From an uncultured Heliomicrobium sp. (GTDB lineage Bacteria > Acidobacteriota > Blastocatellia > RBC074): DNA of 39,738 bases. How positions within the stretch are numbered: the stretch's first letter is position 1; every line of letters starts with the position of its first letter. Positions 27,563 through 35,902 of the stretch are shown here, one piece after another. The translations under genes were made by a program, and so were the position numbers. The stretch is from NCBI GenBank assembly GCA_964383955.1, contig CAYLJQ010000001.1, positions 1 to 39,738 of the forward strand, written 5' to 3'. The notes under the pieces are model-generated. The model was not told where the DNA came from. It did no database searches and saw only the letters and a program-made list of their open reading frames with translations.

Positions 27563-29614
27563 CTATCTGGAAATTGAGCGTCCGACGCTGGTGAAATCCA
27601 ACGTGGAAGTTGAAGTGTTGAAATCAAGCGAGACAGGCGAGAACGATGAACGGATTCTGCTGGCCGTCACTCGATAGTTTGTGCCCGGCTCGAACCCTGA
27701 TTGGCTCCAATTCCCGTCGCCATCCGTCAGGACACTTCCCGGAACATCGCCGCCACCTGAAACGCGCGAGAAATTCAATGTGACTCCTGCGATAGGCACT
27801 CCCGTGGAACTCGCGACTCTGCCGGAAACTGAAAAGAGCGGCGCGGCTCCCGGCTGTGAAATTCTCACGGTTCGCCCGGCAATCATCAAATTTCCCGTTC
27901 GCGCGTTTGCGCTGGTATTCGGGGAAACTTTGAAAAAGACGCCACTAAATCCCGTTCCGGTTTGCCCTGCCGTAACGGTAATCCAATCGGAATCGCTGAC
28001 CGCTCTCCAGGTCACTGTCGGCAATGCGTTGACGGTGATGTCACCTGTGCCGCCTTTTACGCCAAACATGAATTCAGTGCTATCCAGTGTCGTCGCCGCC
28101 AGATCTAACGCAGCTTTGACGTCCAATCGGCCATACCCATAAACCGCGTTTGGAATCGAAGTGTTTGACGATCCGCAATCCGTAACCATCACCCGAATGG
28201 CGGATTCGTTCAGGATGTTTTCCGTCAAATCCACTTTCCCGCGAAGTTCCGGACGCGCAGACCAAAGCAGCGCCACGGCTCCCGCGACATGCGGCGTCGC
28301 CATCGAAGTGCCATTCAGAAACGTGTAGCTGCCTCCGCGAACTGCCGACCGGACCAGAACTCCAGGCGCAGTAATATCCGGTTTCACGCGACTGCTGCCG
28401 TCAATAGCAACCGGTCCGCGACCGCTAAAACCAGCGATAATGTTTGTGCTGGCGGCGTAAGCCCCAACCGTATAAACCGCATCGTAAATGCCCGGCGGGT
28501 CTTTGACAGACGAACATGAGGAGCCGCTGTTGCCAGCCGCTGCAACCGTCAGAATTCCTGCAGCGCGGTGCGCTTCAAGCGCAGCTTTCAATGTGTTTGG
28601 TTCGCAGCCTTCCGAAGGCGGGCAGGTCCAGGAATTTGTGGTGATGTCAGGCGCTTTTGTCGGATCGCCCTGAGCAGCCGTCGCGCCTTTTGGATAAGGA
28701 GCCAGCAACCATTCAATACATTCCAGATAGGTTGAAGGTTTGCCATTGCCAAGATTCATATTTCGGCAAGCAATGAATTTTGCTCCGGGCGCAACGCCAA
28801 TCTGATTGGCCGCGCCATCCGAACCGACGGCTGAGCCGAGCGTGTGCGTTCCGTGGCTGTCGTCATCACAAGGCGCGGTGGAATCTTTGCCGCAATTTCG
28901 ATTGTCTTCGTGAATGCTGTCGTGCCAGTTGTAATCGTGATCGGCATTTGCGCCATCCCAGCCGCGGTAATGGCTTTTCAGCGCAGGATGGCTCCATTCA
29001 ACACCGGTGTCTTGCCCGGCAATGACGATTCCCTGCCCCGTGAATCCCTGCGCCCAGACTTCCGGCGCGCGGATGTTGCTCACACCCAGTTCAATGTCTT
29101 CCGGCGCGGCAGACAGGCGAGAGGTTTTCAACAAATCTTCTTCAGTCAGATCAACAGGACGAACTCCGTTAATTTCAGGATTGCCCACAATGCTGGCGAC
29201 TTCAGGCCGCGAGGCGATTTCCGCCGCTAATTCGCGCGAACCTTTCACCAGCACGGCATTGACGATGTAAAACGACTGATGCTCGACCTTGCGCTCTTCC
29301 AGCCAGGTCAGCAAGGAAGCTTGAGAGTTTTCCGCTTTGGCGCGCAAGGTTTCAAAAACATAGCGGCCTTTTTCTTCCTTTGTTTCCAAGCTGTAAGCCG
29401 CGCTCAGATCTGCCTTGTCGAGCATGACCAGAAATTCGGTTTCCTGGCCATCGGCAGTTTTTGCCAACACCCAGGGCGCAAGTTTTTTCAAAGCTGCTTG
29501 CTGCAAATCTTGAGAAGCTTCACTCGGCGATTTCGCACGGGCAATCAAACCACCAGCCAGGATGCCCGTTGCGGTGAGGATTAACAGCAACGCTACAAAA
29601 CGTGACCTTTTCAT
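27563..29614 (-). CDS. Secreted S8 (subtilisin-like) serine peptidase with a propeptide and C-terminal beta-sandwich domains
   Basis: 683-aa ORF. AAGGAG lies upstream of the ATG and a signal peptide is present. The catalytic triad contexts are AGQDTGV (Asp), HGTHTLGSAVG (His) and GTSMATPHVAGAVALL (Ser). The C-terminal segments look like BACON-like and carboxypeptidase-regulatory-like folds (tentative). Confidence 0.95.
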   Translation of the reverse strand: MKRSRFVALLLILTATGILAGGLIARAKSPSEASQDLQQAALKKLAPWVLAKTADGQETEFLVMLDKADLSAAYSLETKEEKGRYVFETLRAKAENSQASLLTWLEERKVEHQSFYIVNAVLVKGSRELAAEIASRPEVASIVGNPEINGVRPVDLTEEDLLKTSRLSAAPEDIELGVSNIRAPEVWAQGFTGQGIVIAGQDTGVEWSHPALKSHYRGWDGANADHDYNWHDSIHEDNRNCGKDSTAPCDDDSHGTHTLGSAVGSDGAANQIGVAPGAKFIACRNMNLGNGKPSTYLECIEWLLAPYPKGATAAQGDPTKAPDITTNSWTCPPSEGCEPNTLKAALEAHRAAGILTVAAAGNSGSSCSSVKDPPGIYDAVYTVGAYAASTNIIAGFSGRGPVAIDGSSRVKPDITAPGVLVRSAVRGGSYTFLNGTSMATPHVAGAVALLWSARPELRGKVDLTENILNESAIRVMVTDCGSSNTSIPNAVYGYGRLDVKAALDLAATTLDSTEFMFGVKGGTGDITVNALPTVTWRAVSDSDWITVTAGQTGTGFSGVFFKVSPNTSANARTGNLMIAGRTVRISQPGAAPLFSVSGRVASSTGVPIAGVTLNFSRVSGGGDVPGSVLTDGDGNWSQSGFEPGTNYRVTASRIRSSFSPVSLDFNTSTSTLDFTSVGRSISR

Positions 29615-29787
29615 TACGACACCACTCCTTTGCTCAGCGCGAGCAATCTAATAGATTTCCTGTTGGAGCAGGATCGGGGCTATAAAAAATTGGGATGAAG
29701 AAGTTCGTGGGGTCGGTAAATCAGCGGCAATTGTGCATATTCAAGCCCCAATTGTCCACTTTAACCTGAGTTCGCAAAATTAATCAT

Positions 29788-29823
29788 TAACCGGCAATCC
29801 CGCAGGAGTGCCATTGCCGGTAA
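29788..29823 (-). terminator. Intrinsic terminator after the spermidine-synthase-like gene
   Basis: CCGGCAAT (29791-29798) pairs with ATTGCCGG (29813-29820), with flanking TAA/TTA. It starts 4 nt past the stop at 29827. On the minus strand it is followed by UUAAUGAUUAAUUUU. Confidence 0.55.
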
Positions 29824-29826
29824 TCC

Positions 29827-31431
29827 TTAGTATCGCATTGCGTGAACTGCTGCGTCTGACCATGCTTCCAGCGGAGCGAAATCATCCGTCAGGATTACCG
29901 CCTGGTCGCGCGGCAATTCAACCTGGGACTTAAATACCGATTCGATGTAATTCATCTGGCGAATGTGATCGGCCACTTTCATGTTGAACGGCGCTGGCGT
30001 TTCCGGCAGTTCCCCACAAACCAGAAACATGGTGGAAACAAACGCTGCCGTGTTCAATCGGGGATCGCGCTGTTTGGCCATGTACAGGTTTGGCGAAAAG
30101 ACCTGTGTTTTGCCAAACACGCTTTCCAGCGTCATCACCACGGAAGAAACCAGTCGCGCGGCTTCGCCCGAAACTCCGCCGACAATGTTTCCGACAATCA
30201 AACCATTGGGCGCCAACTTTTCCTTCAAGTCGGCAAATGCTTCACGCGTCAGCAAATGAAACGGCGGAGAATCTCCGCTAAATGCGTCCAGCACAATTAC
30301 ATCGTATTTTTCTGTTAACCGCGCGGTTTCGGTTCGTGCATCGCCGACAATCACCTTGACCGAAGCTGGCAAGCCAAAATGCTCGCGAGAAACCTTTTCG
30401 GACATCGGGTCAATTTCAATCACCGTCACTTCGGAACCGGCTTCAGCCATCGCGCGCGCGTAAACACCAGCACCCAGTCCCCAAATCAAAACTTTCTTCG
30501 GCAAGCCTTTGGCGGTGGCAAATCGCTCCAGTCCATAAGCATACGGCGCATTCGATACATCGCCGATCATCGACCCCTGCTGGACGCCATTCAAGAATAA
30601 ATACTTAACGCCGCCTTCATCACTAACCACCAGATCGCCATAAGACGATGGCACACGGGCCGTCACACGATACGGTCTGTTTTTGTACATCACTTCGCGA
30701 TCAGCTTCCTGGCCGGCAACGGCGGTTCCGACTGAAGCAAGCGCCAGTCCAACCAACAGCAGCACAGCCTGTTGCATTCGCTTTCTCATCAGCAGGTACC
30801 AAAGCGGCATGATCACCAAAGCCACAGATGTGCCGATGATTGCAGCGTGAACGCTCATATTCGGAATGATCAACAAAGAAACGGCAAGACTGCCAATCAC
30901 TGAACCGATGGTGGAGATCGCATACAAGTTGCCTACGCTGGTTCCAAGGTGCAATTGATCCGCAGCTGCGCGCACTGCCATTGGCGAAATCATCCCCAGC
31001 AAAAGCAATGTCGGAAGAAATAACACCAGGGCCGCAATGAATGTCCCCGATACCATTCCTGCACCGTAAGCGGCGCTGAGCACCGGTTTGGTAATCAGAT
31101 CCGCGATCAGCAGCGTGCCACCCGCAATTGCCATCACCGTCATTAACGTGCCCAGCCCAGGGCGGTTGTCGGCGATTCGGCCCCCCCAGGCATAACCAAT
31201 TGCCAGCGCAGCCAGCGTTACGGTAATTAACGCGCTCCAAACGTGTAGCGTGGTTCCGAATACCGGAGCCAGCACGCGAGAGCCAAGAATTTCGACGACC
31301 ATCACCGAAGCTCCGCCGATTACGACTGCCGCGCGCAGCATCAAAATGCCGATTCCAGCCAAGGCAGTCCCGGATTCGACAGTAGAAGTTTCACTGGCTT
31401 TGGCGGTTTTCGCCTTTGCACCTGATTGCAC
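29827..31431 (-). CDS. Fused polytopic membrane domain / spermidine-synthase-like (class I SAM-dependent) protein
   Basis: The ORF track gives 29827-31506. I prefer the GTG at 31431, which has GGAGGA 9 nt upstream. The N-terminal half has 7 or more TM segments (VVIGGASVMVVEILGSRVLAPVFG...). The C-terminal half has a Rossmann methyltransferase/aminopropyltransferase core (VLIWGLGAGVYA...VTVIEIDP...YDVIVLDAFSGD). Confidence 0.85.
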   Translation of the reverse strand: MQSGAKAKTAKASETSTVESGTALAGIGILMLRAAVVIGGASVMVVEILGSRVLAPVFGTTLHVWSALITVTLAALAIGYAWGGRIADNRPGLGTLMTVMAIAGGTLLIADLITKPVLSAAYGAGMVSGTFIAALVLFLPTLLLLGMISPMAVRAAADQLHLGTSVGNLYAISTIGSVIGSLAVSLLIIPNMSVHAAIIGTSVALVIMPLWYLLMRKRMQQAVLLLVGLALASVGTAVAGQEADREVMYKNRPYRVTARVPSSYGDLVVSDEGGVKYLFLNGVQQGSMIGDVSNAPYAYGLERFATAKGLPKKVLIWGLGAGVYARAMAEAGSEVTVIEIDPMSEKVSREHFGLPASVKVIVGDARTETARLTEKYDVIVLDAFSGDSPPFHLLTREAFADLKEKLAPNGLIVGNIVGGVSGEAARLVSSVVMTLESVFGKTQVFSPNLYMAKQRDPRLNTAAFVSTMFLVCGELPETPAPFNMKVADHIRQMNYIESVFKSQVELPRDQAVILTDDFAPLEAWSDAAVHAMRY

Positions 31432-31559
31432 TGAGTTTATTCCTCCGAAATTTATGAATTGACGAATGTGAGAAGTTCGTGCGGGACATCGAAGCCGCGC
31501 CAGCATAAGCCAAACCCAGCCGATTTTCCATCAACAGTTGTGCTACTCTCTGCGCCATT

Positions 31560-32309
31560 ATGGCTGACCAGACAAATTTTCAATTGGACGTGCTGGCGAT
31601 TGCCGCACACCCTGACGACGTTGAACTGTCGGCAGGCGGCACGCTGATCAAACTGGCCGAAATGGGCTATCGCACAGGCATTCTGGATATGACACGCGGA
31701 GAAGCCGGGACGAGAGGAACGCCGGAAATCCGCCGGCAAGAAGCCGAACAAGCGGCTGAAATTCTTGGTTTGGCCGTGCGAGAAAGCCTGGAATTGCCGG
31801 ACGCGCACATCTGGCTGAATGAAGAATCACGCGTCAAACTGGTGCGGGCGTTAAGAAAGTTGCGGCCCCGAGTGATCTTTACTCAACATTGGGAAGACCC
31901 GCATCCTGACCATGCGCATACAGCAAAACTTGTCCGCGAAGCCATGCACGTTGCCGGGCTGACGAAATACGATGGTGAATTCGGTTTGGAACGATGGCGG
32001 CCAAACTGCGTCGCGCACTTTTTATTCCCGCGCACCGTCGCTCCAACCTTCATTGTAGATGTCAGTCAACAAAGCGAACGCAAATGGCAGGCAATCAATG
32101 CCCACGCGTCCCAGTTTTTCAATCCTGAAAGCAACGAGCCTCAATCCCGTGTCAGCACGCAAGCTTTCTTGCAGGAAATGGAAGCGCGCGACCGTTATTT
32201 CGGCGCGCTGATCGGCGCGGAACACGGTGAAGCCTTTTTTGTCCGCGAAGCTCTGAATGTGAATGATCCGATTGAATTGCTGACCCGGCGAATGAATTTG
32301 TACTCCTAA
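31560..32309 (+). CDS. Cytoplasmic PIG-L family deacetylase, BshB1-like
   Basis: 249-aa ORF with no signal peptide. [45 protein letters not shown] and DPHPDHAH resemble bacillithiol-pathway BshB1 deacetylases. The subfamily assignment is tentative. Confidence 0.88.
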   Translation: MADQTNFQLDVLAIAAHPDDVELSAGGTLIKLAEMGYRTGILDMTRGEAGTRGTPEIRRQEAEQAAEILGLAVRESLELPDAHIWLNEESRVKLVRALRKLRPRVIFTQHWEDPHPDHAHTAKLVREAMHVAGLTKYDGEFGLERWRPNCVAHFLFPRTVAPTFIVDVSQQSERKWQAINAHASQFFNPESNEPQSRVSTQAFLQEMEARDRYFGALIGAEHGEAFFVREALNVNDPIELLTRRMNLYS

Positions 32310-32347
32310 ATACGGAAGGCAGGTTTTTCAACCTGCCTTCCGTATTT
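32308..32347. terminator. Bidirectional terminator between convergent genes
   Basis: AAATACGGAAGGCAGGTT (32308-32325), loop TTTC, AACCTGCCTTCCGTATTT (32330-32347): an 18-bp perfect stem with A/T-rich ends. It overlaps the TAA of the + gene and lies 43 nt past the mlaD stop. Confidence 0.8.
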
Positions 32348-32389
32348 AGCATCAGATTCAAAGCAGAATGGGAAATCTGCCCTATACAC

Positions 32390-33541
32390 TTAAAAGATCG
32401 TTACCTTCACAGACAAATACTTCTTTGGGTTTTGCCGGAAGTCGTAAATCAGCTTGGTCATTTCCGCCGACAGCGTATTGATGTTGTTGTAAAGCTTTTC
32501 GTCCTTTAACAGCATACCGGCCGTTCCTTCGCCCTTTTCCAATCGCGTGCTGATTGTCTTCAATAATTCGACTGTGTCGCGGGCATCATTGTAAAGCTTG
32601 TCATCTTTGAGCAATTTGCCCAAATTCCCCTCGCCGTTTTCAATCTTAACCACAAGGCCGTCTAACCGGGCAGAAATCTTGTCTGCTTTGGCAATCAATT
32701 CATTGGCGCGATTGTAAAGCTCTTCGTCTTTCAGCAGCTTGCCAACAGTTCCTTTGCCAGAGGAAAGCTGGTTATTGATGTCCATCGAAATGCTGCGCAA
32801 TTGAGTAACCGTTTCCGTCACTTGATCTCGAAGCTTGTCGTCATTGATCAAGCGGCTGATCGTTCCATCGCCTTCTTTAATGGCGGCAATAAGGCTTTGC
32901 GCTTTCAGAACCGTATCGTTCAGGTTGACGTAAAATTTCTCATCAGTCAAAAAGCGGCCTGCCGTTCCCTTCCCACTTCGCAAATCGCCGGTCATCGCCT
33001 TAATGTCCGTGGAAATCTCATTGAGATTGCTGACGGCAGTTTGAGCGGCATTCAAAATATCGCCCACGCTTTTTTGCGCCTGACTGTTGATTTTGTCGCC
33101 ATTGTTGATCGGTTTTCCGTTGAGCGTGCCGGGCGTGATGTCAATCACGTTGTCCCCAAGAACGCCTGCGGTTTTCAACGTGGCGACCGAATCGCTGCGG
33201 ATGCGTTCGATGGCGGGCCGCCCGTCCAGCGTGCCATCAATTTCCATGATGATTTCGATATTGCCAGCTTCTGTAGCGGCTTTGGGATCAGCAGGGATGG
33301 ATCGGCTGAAATTTATATCCTTCACGCCACCGATCTTTTTCCCGGAAAGGCGAACCTCAGCGCCCTTGCGCAAACCGTCCACACTGGACATCTCTGTGCG
33401 GACTGTGGTCGTTTTGCCAAAGCCGGGAATTTTCAGATCGCCGCTAACGGCGAAAATCACCAGAACCAAAATTGCCAGCGCCAATAAAATCAAAAGCCCA
33501 ACCTTCAATTCGGATAACCGCGCTGTTTTGCTCTGTGGCAT
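32390..33541 (-). CDS. mlaD: MlaD/MCE-family protein with a long repeat-containing C-terminal extension
   Basis: 383-aa ORF. GGAGGA lies upstream of the ATG. It has an N-terminal anchor ([21 protein letters not shown]) and an MCE domain ([31 protein letters not shown]). Five G-x-G-T-x-G-x-L-L-K-D-x-K-L-Y units follow. Confidence 0.88.
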   Translation of the reverse strand: MPQSKTARLSELKVGLLILLALAILVLVIFAVSGDLKIPGFGKTTTVRTEMSSVDGLRKGAEVRLSGKKIGGVKDINFSRSIPADPKAATEAGNIEIIMEIDGTLDGRPAIERIRSDSVATLKTAGVLGDNVIDITPGTLNGKPINNGDKINSQAQKSVGDILNAAQTAVSNLNEISTDIKAMTGDLRSGKGTAGRFLTDEKFYVNLNDTVLKAQSLIAAIKEGDGTISRLINDDKLRDQVTETVTQLRSISMDINNQLSSGKGTVGKLLKDEELYNRANELIAKADKISARLDGLVVKIENGEGNLGKLLKDDKLYNDARDTVELLKTISTRLEKGEGTAGMLLKDEKLYNNINTLSAEMTKLIYDFRQNPKKYLSVKVTIF

Positions 33542-33598
33542 AAGTCCTCCACTCGTGATCGCGTCCTTATTGCCTGCTCAAAGTTGCCTGCCCGAACG

Positions 33599-34411
33599 CT
33601 ATTTTTTGTTGAGAAATTTCTGGACGTAAGGATTCGACGACTGGCGCATCTGTTCGTTGCTGCCGCTGGAAATAATGTCGCCGTCCTTCAGCATAATGAA
33701 CTTTGTATTGATCAAACAAAGCCTGTCGCCTTCGTGTTCGAAATGCACATTGCCAAAATCATCTCGCACGACGTATTCGCTGGATAACACTTCGATGTCT
33801 TCCAGGCGGTGCGTAACATAAATCGAAGAAACTTCTTCCAAATCGCGCAGCTTCAATGCAAGCTCGCAGATTGTGCGCGCGGTGATCGGGTCCAACCCAG
33901 CAGTCGGTTCGTCGTAAAGGATGATCTTCGGGTTCCCCACCAAGGCTCTGGCAATACCCACGCGGCGACGCATACCGCCTGAAAGCTCGTTGGGCATCTT
34001 GTCAATTGCGTCTTCCAGATCAACGAACCGCAACATGCGCGTGACAACCGATTCGATTTCGCTTTCATCCACGCGCTGTTCCCGCAACCGATAAGCGACA
34101 TTGTCATACACCGACAGACTGTCAAACAGCGCGCCTTCCTGAAAGACCATGCCGATTTTCTTGCGAACATCCATCATGCTTTCTTCTTTGTGATTGGTGA
34201 TCTCTTCTCCGTCCACAAAGATTTGGCCGGAATCCGGCTTGAGCAGGCCCAGCACCAATCTCAGCAAAGTGGATTTGCCAGTGCCGGAACCGCCCATCAC
34301 GATTTTCGATTCGCCATAACGCACGCCAAAACTGATGCGATCAAGAATCACGTTATCGCCGAAGGCCAGCGAAACGTCTCGAAATTCAATGGCATATGGA
34401 TTGGAACGCAT
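33599..34411 (-). CDS. mlaF: ABC transporter ATP-binding protein, MlaF-like
   Basis: 270-aa ORF with Walker A (GGSGTGKST), ABC signature ([15 protein letters not shown]) and Walker B ([11 protein letters not shown]). It sits between the MlaE-like and MlaD-like genes. Confidence 0.9.
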   Translation of the reverse strand: MRSNPYAIEFRDVSLAFGDNVILDRISFGVRYGESKIVMGGSGTGKSTLLRLVLGLLKPDSGQIFVDGEEITNHKEESMMDVRKKIGMVFQEGALFDSLSVYDNVAYRLREQRVDESEIESVVTRMLRFVDLEDAIDKMPNELSGGMRRRVGIARALVGNPKIILYDEPTAGLDPITARTICELALKLRDLEEVSSIYVTHRLEDIEVLSSEYVVRDDFGNVHFEHEGDRLCLINTKFIMLKDGDIISSGSNEQMRQSSNPYVQKFLNKK

Positions 34412-34460
34412 ATCTTAGAGTAAGAATTCGGTCGCTACTGCTCCCCGGTGCATTGTTGTT

Positions 34461-35228
34461 TTACCTGGGTTCAAGCAGCAGAGAGATGATGACTTTCGAT
34501 AACAGAAAATCCACCACGATCACTAGAATCGAAGCATTGACCACAGATTCCGTGGTTGAACGACCGACGCCGACCGTGCCCCCTGTCGTGCTCAAGCCCT
34601 TGTAACAACCGATCAACGCAATAATAAATCCGAACACTGTTGGCTTAATCAACCCGCCAAGAATCTCATTAAAACTGACGGCTTCCATTGCCGCAGACAG
34701 GTAGACCGACGACGCCTGGTGCAACAGCGTAATGGAAATCAGCAATCCGCCCATTGTGCCGACAAAATCGCAAATCACCGTCAGCGCCGGGGCCATCAGT
34801 ACCAGGGCCACAACGCGAGGCGTCACCAGTTTCTTAATCGGGTCAGTGCCCAGCGCGCGCATGGCGTCAATTTGCTCGCTGACCAACATCGAACCAAGCT
34901 CCGCCGCAATTCCAGAACCGACTCGTCCAGCCAGCATCAAACTGGTCAGCACGGGTCCAAGCTCCCGGATCAAACTGGTGGCAACCAATTGCCCCGTCAC
35001 ATTTTGCACGCCGAATTTTTGCAGGGTGTTGGCCGAATTTAGCGCCAGGACCATTCCTGTAAACGTTCCGGTCAGAATGATGATGGCCAGACTGCCGAAG
35101 CCAAGAATGTCCATTTGCCGGATCATCTCGCCCCAATAGCGCGGAGCTTTGAAAAAGCCACGCACGATGCGCCAGACAAGTAGAGTTAGTTCTTGAAGTT
35201 GAAGAACAATGCGGGTGATTGGGTTCAT
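34461..35228 (-). CDS. mlaE: MlaE-family ABC transporter permease
   Basis: 255-aa ORF with about 5 TM segments. The strings LGFGSLAIIILTGTFTGMVLALN, VATSLIRELGPVLTSLMLAGRVGSGIAAELGSM and EQIDAMRALG are typical of MlaE/Ttg2B permeases. Confidence 0.92.
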   Translation of the reverse strand: MNPITRIVLQLQELTLLVWRIVRGFFKAPRYWGEMIRQMDILGFGSLAIIILTGTFTGMVLALNSANTLQKFGVQNVTGQLVATSLIRELGPVLTSLMLAGRVGSGIAAELGSMLVSEQIDAMRALGTDPIKKLVTPRVVALVLMAPALTVICDFVGTMGGLLISITLLHQASSVYLSAAMEAVSFNEILGGLIKPTVFGFIIALIGCYKGLSTTGGTVGVGRSTTESVVNASILVIVVDFLLSKVIISLLLEPR

Positions 35229-35761
35229 CAGAAGTGCCAGCCGGTTTTATGATTCGCTAGTGCCCCAGTCTTGGATGTCATTACTCGGTCGTCAGAATCT
35301 GTTTTCACTCAACTAATAAATTCCAGGAATGCTTAATCACAGATGCCCGGTTGAAAGGCGGCCTATGATGCGGTTTTTGATTTCACAGGTCAAGCCACGC
35401 CCTTAGCCCATTTTGACTTCGATCCGCCTGCCAGATAACTGACGTTTTGGTGAGGCCTGACGCCAAATCCCTTAAACTTCTGTCAGCATTCTCCGACAAT
35501 AAGCCTTTCCAAACTCTCTCTAAAATCAGTACTTGTACGTATTCCAACCTTTCGTAAAGCTTCTACAATGCAGAGCTGTCGAACCCAAGGTTCGGCTTTG
35601 CGCAAAAGCGCAGTTGCAAAGCAGTACTCGGTTTTACCGACCTCGTGGAGCAACAAACCACCTCGCATCTCGTTGAACAGAGCGAGTAAAGGCGGAGCAG
35701 AAGTACCGGTTGCCCTTACGCTGCTCCGTCAATAATTTAAGGAGAAGAAGCGAAGTAATTG

Positions 35762-35857
35762 GCGGAAGTCAGGTTTCACCGACGCCGCTGTTTTATACCA
35801 GCACTTCGTTCTTAAAAATAAACCGTAGCCACAAGCGGAAGTCAGGTCTTGACCGAC
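35762..35857. repeat. Duplicated motif GCGGAAGTCAGGT..ACCGAC (two copies 73 bp apart)
   Basis: GCGGAAGTCAGGT is at 35762-35774 and 35835-35847. Each copy is followed by ACCGAC, at 35778-35783 and 35852-35857. The second copy forms the loop of the terminator hairpin at 35815-35883. Each copy can fold locally. Confidence 0.5.
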
Positions 35858-35883
35858 ATCGCTTATTGGCTACGGTTATTTTG
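35815..35883 (-). terminator. Long-stem intrinsic terminator after the M14-like peptidase gene
   Basis: AACCGTAGCCA (35821-35831) pairs with TGGCTACGGTT (35867-35877), an 11-bp stem. AAATA/TATTT extends it across a 1-nt bulge. On the minus strand it is followed by UUUAUUUUUAAG. It starts 20 nt past the stop at 35903. Confidence 0.65.
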
Positions 35884-35902
35884 TTTTAGATGAAACCAGC
35901 GC

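Noticed and set aside
32801-33487. 228-aa plus-strand ORF (and 33087-33629) antisense to mlaD
   Set aside because: It is embedded in the MlaD CDS and has no independent support.
35234-35239. TGGCAC (minus strand), resembling a sigma54 -24 element, just upstream of mlaE
   Set aside because: The required TTGC -12 element is absent at the proper spacing, and the site abuts the start codon.
35483-35668. 61-aa minus-strand ORF in the mlaE upstream gap, with a faint resemblance to four-helix-bundle (23S rRNA IVS-type) proteins
   Set aside because: The resemblance is limited to a loose E..G[KR]..E[YF]..F...A....E....QL.I...L pattern with register shifts. There is no RBS. The upstream in-frame sequence has a stop and no start. 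It may be a decayed fragment, but it is not supportable as a gene.
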